This document shows positions 16,570 to 26,439 of a DNA stretch of 39,837 bases, piece after piece. The stretch's first letter is position 1, and the number at the start of each line of letters is the position of its first letter. This stretch comes from Candidatus Binatia bacterium (GTDB lineage: Bacteria; Desulfobacterota; Binatia; UBA9968). A program made the translations under genes and the position numbers. The notes beneath the pieces are model-generated. The model searched no databases, was not told the DNA's origin, and was given only the letters and a program-made list of their open reading frames with translations. The stretch covers positions 1 through 39,837 of the forward strand of contig JAICEJ010000002.1 of assembly GCA_025924215.1 (NCBI GenBank), read 5' to 3'.

Positions 16570-16655
16570 TTACGGGTAAAAAATGAGCAAACGATTGATT
16601 TCCCCTTGAAGATCATCGAACTCGTATTTAACGCGACAAACGCAAGATTTTACGG

Positions 16656-18383
16656 ATGATGACTGAACCAACTGCTTTTTCTGTTCCGGCGACAATTGCG
16701 TACTTTTCAATGGACGTGGCTATTGATTCGGATATTCCAACCTACAGCGGCGGTCTTGGCATCTTGTCCGGTGATACATTGCGCTCGGCCGCTGATTTGG
16801 GCGTTCCGATGGTCGCCTTCACGCTCCTGCACCGCAAAGGTTATTTTGACCAGCGGCTTGATGCCGTTGGCAATCAATTAGAGAGTCCATCGCAGTGGTC
16901 TCCAGAAAAGTTTCTCGAAGCGTTGCCGCCGCGTGTTTCTGTGACGATTGAAGGCAGGGAAGTAAAAATACGGGCTTGGCAGTATCGCTTCCCTGGCATC
17001 ATGGGCCAAACCGTCCCGTTATTGTTGCTCGATACGGACCTAGAAGAGAACGATTCACGCGATCGAGTTCTGACCGATCATCTCTATGGCGGCGATGATC
17101 GTTACCGTCTTTGTCAGGAGGCGGTTCTAGGATTGGGTGGTGTGCAGATGCTTCGTGCACTAAACTACCCTGGCTTCAAGATCTACCACATGAACGAAGG
17201 ACATTCCGCGTTAGCGACAATCGCTTTATTGGAGCAGCTATCCGCCAATCGTCGCTTCTCTGAGACAGAGATCGAAACGGTGCGCCGCCAGTGTGTTTTT
17301 ACGACTCACACGCCGGTTCCGGCCGGCCATGATCGCTTTCCCGCAGACCTCGTGCATCGGGTGTTAGGTGAGGCTCGCGGAGCGCTCCTGCGTCAGGTGG
17401 GAGTCATGGACGGTTCGCTCAATATGACCGAGCTGGCGCTGCGCTTGTCTGGTTATGTTAATGCCGTATCGATGCGGCATGGCGAGGTCTCCCGCGAGAT
17501 GTTTCCCGGCCATCGTGTCGAGGCTATAACCAACGGCGTTCACGCGGAAGCTTGGATAGCCAAACCGATAGCCACCTTGTTTGACCGGCACATACCCGAT
17601 TGGCGGCGCGACAATTGTTATCTTCGTCATGCGATTGGGTTCCCTTTGCAGCAAGTTCGCGACGCTCACGCCGAAGCCAAGAGGGAACTGTTGCAGCAGG
17701 TGCGCTGGCTGACCGGCAGCCAGCTCGATGAGGCCGTTTTTACCCTAGGTTTTGCGCGACGCGCAACGGCGTACAAGCGCGGTGATCTGCTCTTCACCGA
17801 CTTAGATCGGTTGAAGAATATTGCGCGACAGGTGGGACCGCTTCAGCTGATCTATGCCGGTAAAGCCCACCCCCGTGATGATGGCGGAAAAGCGATCATT
17901 CGTCGGATCTTTGAAGCAGCGGCAGCTCTGGCCAATGATGTCCGGGTCGTGTATCTGGAAAACTACGATATGGCCCTCGGCAAAATGATTTGTGCGGGCG
18001 TCGATGTTTGGCTGAATACTCCGCTGCGGCCTCAGGAAGCCTCCGGTACCAGCGGCATGAAAGCTGCGTTGAATGGCGTCCCCAGCTTGAGTGTTTTAGA
18101 TGGGTGGTGGATTGAGGGCCACATAGAGGGAGTGACCGGGTGGTCAATCGGCGGATTGGGCTCCGGCGATGGCGATACCAATACTGAGGTAAATTCTCTT
18201 TACTACAAATTGGGAGAAGTAATTCTACCTCTTTATTACAACGCTCCTGATAAATTTGCTCATGTCATGCGCTCGGCAGTTGCCTTCAATGGTTCGTTTT
18301 TCAACACGCAACGAATGATGTTTCAGTATCTCAGAAATGCTTACCTACCGGCTTGGACCAATGCCCAAGCATCATTACTCTAA
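16656..18383 (+). CDS. glgP: alpha-glucan phosphorylase (GT35, short form)
   Basis: N-terminus YFSMDVAIDSDIPTYSGGLGILSGDTLRSAADLG. PLP-lysine region EASGTSGMKAALNGV. Length is 575 aa. Confidence 0.9.
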   Translation: MMTEPTAFSVPATIAYFSMDVAIDSDIPTYSGGLGILSGDTLRSAADLGVPMVAFTLLHRKGYFDQRLDAVGNQLESPSQWSPEKFLEALPPRVSVTIEGREVKIRAWQYRFPGIMGQTVPLLLLDTDLEENDSRDRVLTDHLYGGDDRYRLCQEAVLGLGGVQMLRALNYPGFKIYHMNEGHSALATIALLEQLSANRRFSETEIETVRRQCVFTTHTPVPAGHDRFPADLVHRVLGEARGALLRQVGVMDGSLNMTELALRLSGYVNAVSMRHGEVSREMFPGHRVEAITNGVHAEAWIAKPIATLFDRHIPDWRRDNCYLRHAIGFPLQQVRDAHAEAKRELLQQVRWLTGSQLDEAVFTLGFARRATAYKRGDLLFTDLDRLKNIARQVGPLQLIYAGKAHPRDDGGKAIIRRIFEAAAALANDVRVVYLENYDMALGKMICAGVDVWLNTPLRPQEASGTSGMKAALNGVPSLSVLDGWWIEGHIEGVTGWSIGGLGSGDGDTNTEVNSLYYKLGEVILPLYYNAPDKFAHVMRSAVAFNGSFFNTQRMMFQYLRNAYLPAWTNAQASLL

Positions 18384-18470
18384 ATGTCGTTCTCCGGCTG
18401 TTCATGATCCGCTTGTGAATGCGCATTGTGATTCACGTCGCCGGTCTCGACTCCTGAATACCTTGCGCCG

Positions 18471-19316
18471 CTAAGGCGATAGATCAATCTTTTCATTTGC
18501 TGCAAACGTGCTTTCGATAAACTCTCGCAAAGCTTCGTAGTAATTTTCGCCGCCTACAAAAAAAGTGTCATTGTGCGAGGCGCCTACGATCCGGTGAAAT
18601 CTTTTAGGTTGCGAGGCAACCTCGAAAATTCTTTTTCCGTGTGCGAACGGAACGGTGGCGTCACGGTCACCGTGCAAAACCAATATCGGGGTTTTAACCA
18701 GGCGAACTTTTTCCAGGGTGTCGTATCGAGTCCGGAGCAGCCAACCAATCGGTAATGAAGGAAAAATCTCCCGTGCCATTTCCCGGATTGAGACGAAGGG
18801 GCTTTCCAGGATCAGGCCGAGGGTAGTGAATCGGGTCGCCATCTCTGCGGCGACCGCCGCGCCAAGCGATCGGCCGAACAGGATTAGCTTGCGTGCGGCG
18901 GCGTCATCGCGCCCCAGCAAATATGCAATTGCCGCCTCGCCATCAAGGTACGTGCCTTTCTCCGAGACGCTCCCTTCGCTTCGACCGTAGCCGCGATAGT
19001 CAAAAATAAAGATATTAGCGTTGATCCTGTCGTGGAGCAGCTTGATATTCAGCAGGCGATCACTAATATTTCCGGCGTTGCCGTGAAACCAGACAAGAGT
19101 GGCGCGGGCGTCTTGATGCGGGATAAACCATCCATGTAACCGGATGCCATCTTGCGTTGTAAAGAAAACGTTTTCGAATGTGAGTCCGATATGACTTGGA
19201 TCCCGGTTCGTAACATGATCAGGATGAAAAATGAATCTGTCCTCGATCCTGCAACCGCCGAACAATGTTGTTGAGAGCACTATCAAAAACAGAAGGTTCA
19301 GTGGCAACGACGACAT
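18471..19316 (-). CDS. alpha/beta hydrolase (Bem46/ABHD13-like), N-terminally anchored
   Basis: N-terminal hydrophobic segment, FHGNAGNISDRL, the nucleophile elbow GRSLGAAVA, and LHGDRDATVP with a downstream His (GASHND). Confidence 0.85.
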   Translation of the reverse strand: MSSLPLNLLFLIVLSTTLFGGCRIEDRFIFHPDHVTNRDPSHIGLTFENVFFTTQDGIRLHGWFIPHQDARATLVWFHGNAGNISDRLLNIKLLHDRINANIFIFDYRGYGRSEGSVSEKGTYLDGEAAIAYLLGRDDAAARKLILFGRSLGAAVAAEMATRFTTLGLILESPFVSIREMAREIFPSLPIGWLLRTRYDTLEKVRLVKTPILVLHGDRDATVPFAHGKRIFEVASQPKRFHRIVGASHNDTFFVGGENYYEALREFIESTFAANEKIDLSP

Positions 19317-19356
19317 GAAATACCCACGCCCAGGCGATCGGCGGCACTAGCGCAGT

Positions 19357-19875
19357 TCAATGCTTCTGCTCGCCTCTGAGCTTCCATTCTAGACCGTCGA
19401 TGATGCACTCAAGGCTTGCCTGGAGGATATCGACTGCGACACCAACGGTTCCCCAACGATCCTCTCCATCGGAAAAGATGCCCAGCACACGAACCAGCGC
19501 GGCGGCGCCATTATCATCGTCGTAGCGCGGCGGCTCGTATGGCAGCAGCCGCACATCGAACTCCTCGAGCTTGACTTCGGCGAGTTGCGGGAAGTGTTTT
19601 TCAAGGATTTTGCGCATGGCATTGTCGACTGCATGAACAGGGCCGCGCCCGTTCGCGGCCGCCAGCTCCTGCTCGCCGAAAACTTCGATCAAAACGGAAG
19701 CCTCGGTTGCACTCTGGGGCGCTCCCGGGCTTTGGAAATCGACCTGATCGTCGATTTTACAGCGAAGTACTCGAAAAGGTTTGAGGTAATCTTCACGGCG
19801 CCGAATCGATCCGAGCTCGAATGACGCCCAAGCGCCGTCAAGACGAAAAAAGGCCTCTTTTAAATCCCGCGCCAT
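19357..19875 (-). CDS. stand-alone LeuA/CimA C-terminal regulatory (LeuA_dimer-like) domain protein
   Basis: FELGSIRR.., NGRGPVHAVDNAMRKILEKHFPQLAEVKLEEFDVRLL and ALVRVLGIFSDGEDRWGTVGVAVDILQASLECIIDGLEWKL match the C-terminal domain of citramalate/isopropylmalate synthases. The ATG at 19875 is preceded by GAAGGAGGA 7 nt upstream; the tracked ORF begins at 19959. Confidence 0.75.
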   Translation of the reverse strand: MARDLKEAFFRLDGAWASFELGSIRRREDYLKPFRVLRCKIDDQVDFQSPGAPQSATEASVLIEVFGEQELAAANGRGPVHAVDNAMRKILEKHFPQLAEVKLEEFDVRLLPYEPPRYDDDNGAAALVRVLGIFSDGEDRWGTVGVAVDILQASLECIIDGLEWKLRGEQKH

Positions 19876-20057
19876 CGCAAATTCCTCCTTCGAAAATGGC
19901 ATAATGCGCGACTCTGGGCATCTAGTTAAACACAAACCGCAAATTTTACCATTCGTCAATTTCCGCCCATCCGCCGAGGCGGGCTCAGTGTATCCGGGAT
20001 CGGTTAGTTAAGCGTGCCGCCGTAGGTGCAAGCCGGCCCATGGCCGCTGGGATATTC

Positions 20058-20086
20058 TTTTCAAGCTTGGGTAAGTTTGGTATCAT
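20058..20086 (+). promoter_or_regulatory. promoter candidate: TTTTCA, 17-nt spacer, TATCAT with extended -10 (TGGTATCAT)
   Basis: Read directly from the sequence. The -10 ends 11 nt before the ATG at 20098, which implies a very short leader. Confidence 0.4.
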
Positions 20087-20097
20087 CAGTGCTTAGA

Positions 20098-20667
20098 ATG
20101 GAAAAGCAAAGCCCGGACAACAAACTCCGGGAGTTCTTTTTGAATGCGGTTCGCCAGAGTTTCTGGCAACTCGGCATCTATGATGCAACAGTCGCCGGCT
20201 ACGTCGCTGACGTGTTGACCGATTTTGCCCGTACCGATAGTCTTTATCGCCTCCGTTCGCGGGCGGGCCGGAAGATTGAAAGTGTTGTTGAGATGCTGGC
20301 GCATGAACCCGAGGCGCCGGCCAACGAAAACCAACTTCTACGCGAGCGAGAAACTCGGAAATACGTCGGCGATTACGCTCTTTTCATGAGCGGAATTTTT
20401 CGTACGTATGTGGAAGGCCGCGGTTTCCTCGATTATTACATCAAAGAAGGCAGTCGCTCCTATTGGACTGTTTCGGAGTTGGACGTATCGCTCTACCGCA
20501 CGGGTTTCATTCTGTTCCAAGAACTTTCAACCAAATTTGAATATTATTCAGGCGCGCTGGATTACACGCGCAAGGCCTATTTTGCCGCCCAACCGGGAGA
20601 GGATCCTTTCGCTGGTTTTCTGCGGCAAGTGGATGGTTGGATTAAGGTCAACGTCACTGACAATTGA
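20098..20667 (+). CDS. hypothetical protein (189 aa)
   Basis: ORF with protein-like composition. The ATG at 20098 is preferred over the tracked start at 20026. The stop overlaps the mltG start (TTGA at 20664-20667). No family recognised. Confidence 0.6.
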   Translation: MEKQSPDNKLREFFLNAVRQSFWQLGIYDATVAGYVADVLTDFARTDSLYRLRSRAGRKIESVVEMLAHEPEAPANENQLLRERETRKYVGDYALFMSGIFRTYVEGRGFLDYYIKEGSRSYWTVSELDVSLYRTGFILFQELSTKFEYYSGALDYTRKAYFAAQPGEDPFAGFLRQVDGWIKVNVTDN

Positions 20668-21746
20668 TTGCGACGCCAGCTATCCTGACCCGTCTGCCAG
20701 CTTTTAACCGAATCGTGAAGTGGTTTTTTCTAACGGTACTTGCTCTGATCGCTAGTGGCTTGCTGTTTGGCGGGTTCCTGGTAGCGCATATCTTTCGCGC
20801 CACCTCGGACAATTCTCAGCCGGTCGAACTGCGAGTTGAGCAGGGAGAGCCCTTTTCGGCTGTGGTCCGCAAACTGCGCGCGCAGCGAGTGATCCCAAAC
20901 GAAAAGCTATTCTCATTATGGGCGCGGTTAACCGGCTCGGATAAAAAGATTCAGTGGGGTGTTTATCGTTTCGATCCTTCCTTAGCGCCGCAAGAGGTTC
21001 TACATCGCTTGGTTACCGGCAAGCGGGTGTTTTTCATGGTGACCATTCCAGAAGGATTGACGATCAAGGAAATCGCCGAGCTACTCGCAAAAATGCAGAT
21101 CGCTGATCGCGAGAAGTTTCTTGCAGCGGCTGCGGATCCGGAGTTATTGGCAACTCTCGGGTTACTGGACAAAGGGCTGGAGGGGTACTTATTTCCAAAC
21201 ACGTATCAATTTACGCCGATGACTTCTGAAAGGGAGATTATCCTAACCATGGCGGAGCAGTTCCGTAAAGCGTCTGAACCCGTTTGGGCGCAACTCGGTA
21301 GCGGTCACAATTTAAACCGCCACGAGATCATCACTCTAGCTTCGATCATAGAGAAAGAAACCGGCGTCGAAGCTGAACGGCCGTGGATTTCGGCGGTTTT
21401 TCACAATCGGCTCAAACGGAATATGGCTTTGCAAAGCGATCCAACGGTGATTTATGGTTTGAAAGAATTCGATGGCAATTTAACCCGCAAAGATCTTAAA
21501 GATCAAAACCCTTACAACACCTACCGGATTCCGGCATTGCCACCCGGGCCGATCTGCAACCCGAGCCTCGCGTCCATCAAAGCCGCTTTGCAACCGGCTG
21601 ATGTGCCCTACCTGTTCTTTGTTTCAAAGAACGACGGCACGCATATATTTTCACAAGACTTGGAGTCACATAATCAGGCGGTGCGGACCCATCAACCCGT
21701 TCGGGAGGTAACATCAACGCATCGCAAAACGTCTGGCCTTCGTTAG
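20664..21746 (+). CDS. mltG: endolytic murein transglycosylase MltG (YceG-like)
   Basis: N-terminal TM helix. Motifs LASIIEKETGVEAERPWISAVFHNRL, LQSDPTVIYG and YNTYRIPALPPGPICNPS. Confidence 0.9.
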   Translation: MIATPAILTRLPAFNRIVKWFFLTVLALIASGLLFGGFLVAHIFRATSDNSQPVELRVEQGEPFSAVVRKLRAQRVIPNEKLFSLWARLTGSDKKIQWGVYRFDPSLAPQEVLHRLVTGKRVFFMVTIPEGLTIKEIAELLAKMQIADREKFLAAAADPELLATLGLLDKGLEGYLFPNTYQFTPMTSEREIILTMAEQFRKASEPVWAQLGSGHNLNRHEIITLASIIEKETGVEAERPWISAVFHNRLKRNMALQSDPTVIYGLKEFDGNLTRKDLKDQNPYNTYRIPALPPGPICNPSLASIKAALQPADVPYLFFVSKNDGTHIFSQDLESHNQAVRTHQPVREVTSTHRKTSGLR

Positions 21747-21788
21747 GCGCGTTTATGCCATCCCATTGAAATGCTATAGTCCAGCGTT

Positions 21789-23165
21789 ATGCGAGGCTAT
21801 GTCGGCAAACAGGAATATGGATCGCCGGAGGATTTTGTTCATCGTCTAGTTCGACATTTGCGCAATCACGTCGTTAGTGATTCCCTGCTTACTTTTTCTC
21901 CGCCCGTTTTGGCCCTACTTTATTTGCTCGCTGTCGTGTATCGGGAGGCATGGATTCCGGCGCTTCCGCTGCTTTTGCTCGCCTTTGGAGTAATCGTAAT
22001 TGGACTGCTCGCGGTTATTCTTCGAATTCGCCCGCAAGTGCTGTCAATGCCGGCGGCAGCGCGCCTGGTGGATGATAAGGCAGAGGCGAAAGATCGTTTC
22101 ATAACATTGGCCACAGTAGAATTATCGCCCTCATCCGAGGCTATGCTGGCTCGTCTGCGGCGTGAAGCGATGGGAATGTTGAGTCGCGTTGAGATAAGAC
22201 GCGACTTTCCTTATCAGCTCAAGCGGCCCTTCTACTGGTCGACAATCGGTTCGCTCGCAGTAATTCTCCTGTTCCATTTGCTTGTAAACAGCAGCTTAAC
22301 GAAATCTGGCGTGTCGCCGCAGCAGCGGATTCGTGACTTAGCAGAGCAAATGACACACCGCCCGCCGTTGGCAGAAATTGCTCGCGGCCTGAAAACGCTG
22401 GCTGATAAGCTTGATAATTTACAAGTTGCATCAGAGGAAAAGCAATCGTTGATTGACGAGATGCAGGAGCAGATCGAACGACAGCAAGACAGAGAACAGG
22501 AGCAGGATAATCAAAATCTCCTAAGTGACGCCAGCAGTACGTTGAAGCGTCTTGAACAAGAAACCGGCGGCGGAAGCCAGCAGGAACAAAAAAAGGACGG
22601 TGGCGGTGTGCAGAGCAATGCTTCACAGGAGGGCCAAGGCGAAGGAAAGACGAGCCAAGGCGGCGGTGGCGACTCCAAAGGTGAACTGTCCGCCCAGTTA
22701 AACCCGGAGATGAAAGACGGAAAATCGGCGCAGGGAGATCCCCAGGGCAAAGGACGAGAAAAAAATTTAGGCGATCAAAAAGAGCAGAAGGCTGATCGAT
22801 CGGACCCCAGCAATCCAGAGAAGACAACCGATGAGTCCGCAGGTAAGATGAAGCAAAACTCGGAAGGGAGGTCAGGTAAGAACAGATCTGAAGAGATGCC
22901 CAAGGACGGACCACCGGCCGAGCGTTACCGGCAACCGGGCGAGCAAGGCCCGGATGGCATCAAAGGAGCTAAGTATGTGACCGTGCAGTTGCCGGAGGAA
23001 ATTGTCGCTGATAGCAGCGGCACAACGGCATCGAGCAAAGACGGCAAAGAAATTAGAAATCGACCAAAACTACCGATTAGCAATGTGCCATTACCCGCTC
23101 ACGTGCCTGAGGCTCCGGCGGAGAAACAGCGAATGCCACTCGAGTACCGCGACCTTATCCGCTAG
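21789..23165 (+). CDS. membrane protein with long coiled-coil and G/Q/E/K-rich low-complexity tail
   Basis: Three hydrophobic helices in the N-terminal ~180 aa, then a charged low-complexity region, ending in ..MPLEYRDLIR. It resembles tail proteins of Bat/MoxR-type operons, but I cannot name the family with confidence. Confidence 0.65.
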   Translation: MRGYVGKQEYGSPEDFVHRLVRHLRNHVVSDSLLTFSPPVLALLYLLAVVYREAWIPALPLLLLAFGVIVIGLLAVILRIRPQVLSMPAAARLVDDKAEAKDRFITLATVELSPSSEAMLARLRREAMGMLSRVEIRRDFPYQLKRPFYWSTIGSLAVILLFHLLVNSSLTKSGVSPQQRIRDLAEQMTHRPPLAEIARGLKTLADKLDNLQVASEEKQSLIDEMQEQIERQQDREQEQDNQNLLSDASSTLKRLEQETGGGSQQEQKKDGGGVQSNASQEGQGEGKTSQGGGGDSKGELSAQLNPEMKDGKSAQGDPQGKGREKNLGDQKEQKADRSDPSNPEKTTDESAGKMKQNSEGRSGKNRSEEMPKDGPPAERYRQPGEQGPDGIKGAKYVTVQLPEEIVADSSGTTASSKDGKEIRNRPKLPISNVPLPAHVPEAPAEKQRMPLEYRDLIR

Positions 23166-23182
23166 ATCAGAAAGGCAGTTCG

Positions 23183-24163
<981 letters not shown>

Positions 24164-24187
24164 CGTCGAGGCTTACTCACCTTACCG

Positions 24188-24210
24188 CTTCGTTAAACGA
24201 AGTTGATTTA
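24188..24210 (+). terminator. weak hairpin plus T-rich tract between convergent genes
   Basis: CTTCGT-TAA-ACGAAG (24188-24202) followed by TTGATTTA. The stem is AT-rich and only 6 bp. Confidence 0.25.
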
Positions 24211-24236
24211 CGTGCCTGCTAACAACCGCCGCGGCG

Positions 24237-25145
24237 CTATTTGATCTTGTTCTTGATCGGCGGAATCGATTTTAGATAGTCGGCGATCGCCAGGGCGTCT
24301 TCCCGCCGCATGTCTTTATAGCCGTGCGGGGTTCCCTGGATGACCTCAGACATGAGACCCTGCACATTGTCGAAGTCTGGTTTTGTCCCCGTAATTAGTA
24401 GCTCGGCAATGTCTTCGCGTTTCCAATCACCGATACCGGTTTCTTTGTCAGGCGTAATGTTCGGCACCTCTTCTCCGAGCGGGCCATTTTTAGCGACGGT
24501 GCCGGCAAGGTATTGCGAACGGTTTGGAACGCCAATCGAGTTCCTTGGCGTGTGGCAATCGCCGCAAATCGACACGTGATTAACCAGGTAACGGCCGCGT
24601 TCGACCCCGCTCTTCGGCGCTTGCGCGGGCGAATTCGATGAACCGCCAAACACTCTGAGATACACCGGTACTGCCACGCTGCGCACCATGGGCGCCCACG
24701 TCTTCAGATCAGGAGTCGCTTTTTTCGCTGGTTTCAAAGTCTTCATGTAAGCGACCAACGATTTAAGATCTTGCTGAGCCATTCCGGAATAGGCTTCGTA
24801 GGGCATTACGGGCAACAGCCGGCTGCCGTCGCGCCTGATCCCGGCGTTCATAGCGTCATGAATTTGCTGATCGCTCCAACTTCCTAATCCGGTTTCTTTG
24901 TCTTGAGTGATGTTAGTGCTGAATACGGTGCCCAAGGGAATCGGAAAGGCACGGCCGCCGGTGTGGTAAGTTTCTTTTGGCACAGTATGACAGGCGCAAC
25001 CGCCTGAGATGGCGAAGAGGTATTGGCCTTGGGCAATAAGATCCTTATTGGCTTGAGCATTGACCGTCGCTGCTGCCATAAAAGATCCGCCGACTGTGAG
25101 TAATAGAACTCGCGTCATCCTCCGCATCCGTAGTACTTGTCGCAT
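24237..25145 (-). CDS. periplasmic dihaem c-type cytochrome (first haem motif non-canonical)
   Basis: Signal peptide ending VNA-QA. It has two homologous halves, GQYLFAISGGCACHT and GRYLVNHVSICGDCHTP; the second has a standard CXXCH. Met-containing segments LLPVMPYEAY and QGLMSEV are present. Confidence 0.85.
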   Translation of the reverse strand: MRQVLRMRRMTRVLLLTVGGSFMAAATVNAQANKDLIAQGQYLFAISGGCACHTVPKETYHTGGRAFPIPLGTVFSTNITQDKETGLGSWSDQQIHDAMNAGIRRDGSRLLPVMPYEAYSGMAQQDLKSLVAYMKTLKPAKKATPDLKTWAPMVRSVAVPVYLRVFGGSSNSPAQAPKSGVERGRYLVNHVSICGDCHTPRNSIGVPNRSQYLAGTVAKNGPLGEEVPNITPDKETGIGDWKREDIAELLITGTKPDFDNVQGLMSEVIQGTPHGYKDMRREDALAIADYLKSIPPIKNKIK

Positions 25146-25148
25146 GTG

Positions 25149-26078
25149 TTACCCTGAGGCCTCCTGGCGAAGTTTGTTATCCAAAAAACTCAACGTACCG
25201 TGAAACACCCTATTGATGGGCGCTTGCTCTCCGGCTCGCTCCAGTAAGCGCATGACAAATCCGTTGAGGGCGTCGTATTCAAGCGGCTTGCCTGCTTCCA
25301 GATCCTGCCGCATCGACGTTTTGAAATCGCCCAAGCCCCTGGAAAAAGCCAGTGTTTGATCAAATAGTTCGGTCTTCAGGTCGATGCCGCGGGTGCGCGC
25401 CGCAGCTTGGACTTCTTTCATGCAGTCCAAGGCGAGGTTGGTGAGAGCTTCCGACTCGACGATTTCACGAACCGTGGAGCGGGTTAAGCACGAAATGGCG
25501 CAGAACGGCGCATTCCACAGCAGCTTTGCCCACTGAACTTGCTCGATGGCGGCGCTGATCGCGCATGGGATCGCGGCGCGCGACAGCCCTTGCTCGACCT
25601 TGTGAGCGGTGTCGCCCGGATGACCGCTAATCGGTCCGAGAACGATCTTTCCCCCGGACGAATGCTGGATCACACCCGGGGCCGACACCTGTGCGCCGAT
25701 ATAAACAACGCCGGCCAAAGTTCTTTCCGTGCCCCAAAATCCGGCTATCTTGTCGGGATTATCGATGCCATTTTGAAGCGAAAGAATTGCCGTTTGTTTG
25801 CTGATCATCGGGGCCAGCGCCGCTGCCGCTTCAGTTGTATCGTAAGACTTGACGCAGAAGAGCACCAAATCCACCACGCCGGCATCGGCAGGCGAGTCGG
25901 TGAACAACCCATTTCGCACGTGCAGATCGCCATTGTAGCTTTCGATGCGCAATCCGTTGCAGCGCAACCCTGGCAGATATCTTCGTCTGGCAATGAATAC
26001 GACATCATCGCCGGCAGCGGCAAGTTTCGCGCCGAAGTATCCGCCCACCGCTCCTGTGCCCATCACGGCAATTCGCAT
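25149..26078 (-). CDS. ketopantoate reductase (ApbA/PanE) family oxidoreductase
   Basis: N-terminal Rossmann MRIAVMGTGAVGGYFGAKLA, WAKLLWNAPF and SMRQDLEAGKPLEYDALNG. The stop is 3 nt before the cytochrome gene's start. Confidence 0.85.
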   Translation of the reverse strand: MRIAVMGTGAVGGYFGAKLAAAGDDVVFIARRRYLPGLRCNGLRIESYNGDLHVRNGLFTDSPADAGVVDLVLFCVKSYDTTEAAAALAPMISKQTAILSLQNGIDNPDKIAGFWGTERTLAGVVYIGAQVSAPGVIQHSSGGKIVLGPISGHPGDTAHKVEQGLSRAAIPCAISAAIEQVQWAKLLWNAPFCAISCLTRSTVREIVESEALTNLALDCMKEVQAAARTRGIDLKTELFDQTLAFSRGLGDFKTSMRQDLEAGKPLEYDALNGFVMRLLERAGEQAPINRVFHGTLSFLDNKLRQEASG

Positions 26079-26173
26079 GTTTGTCCCTGGCGATGTTCGA
26101 CTGTATTCTCGGCCCTAGCCGATGTCAATTTCACACCCGTCATAAAGCGCCGCGATTTACGCTTTAATTGTGA

Positions 26174-26392
26174 ATGTGTTATGAAAACTCTGCCATGGAA
26201 AAGATTGATCCGCAGCACGATCATTTGAAACTAGAGCAGTATTGTCCCGGGCAGCAAGTCAGCTTTAAAGGAAACACCTATACTATTCAGCGGCGGACGA
26301 CGCTTGCTTCGGGGGAAGCGGCCGTTGTGCTGCAAGGCGACAAGGAGCAGTTCGTGGTCGGCGCAAATCAGTTCTTTGCCGGAATAAAATAA
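26174..26392 (+). CDS. small hypothetical protein (65-72 aa)
   Basis: ORF only, with no clear SD. Without it the intergenic gap would be about 360 bp. Confidence 0.3.
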   Translation: MCYENSAMEKIDPQHDHLKLEQYCPGQQVSFKGNTYTIQRRTTLASGEAAVVLQGDKEQFVVGANQFFAGIK

Positions 26393-26439
26393 TTCGGGCG
26401 CGCAAAGTCAATCATTTATCTAGTGAATAGGAGAACAGC

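Noticed and set aside
22219-22914. Long antisense ORFs: 22219..22914 (-), 25539..26228 (+), 7167..7712 (-), 8036..8605 (-), 8308..8736 (-), 12875..13294 (-) and 38206..38649 (-)
   Set aside because: Each lies entirely opposite a gene with strong family motifs. Their translations are R/S/P/A-rich with no recognisable motifs, so they are typical shadow ORFs.
22480-22920. Repetitive-looking G/A-rich DNA that might be a tandem repeat or array
   Set aside because: It is the in-frame low-complexity (G/Q/E/K/S) tail of the 458-aa membrane protein. I saw no regular repeat unit and no spacer-like structure, so it is not a CRISPR array or a VNTR.
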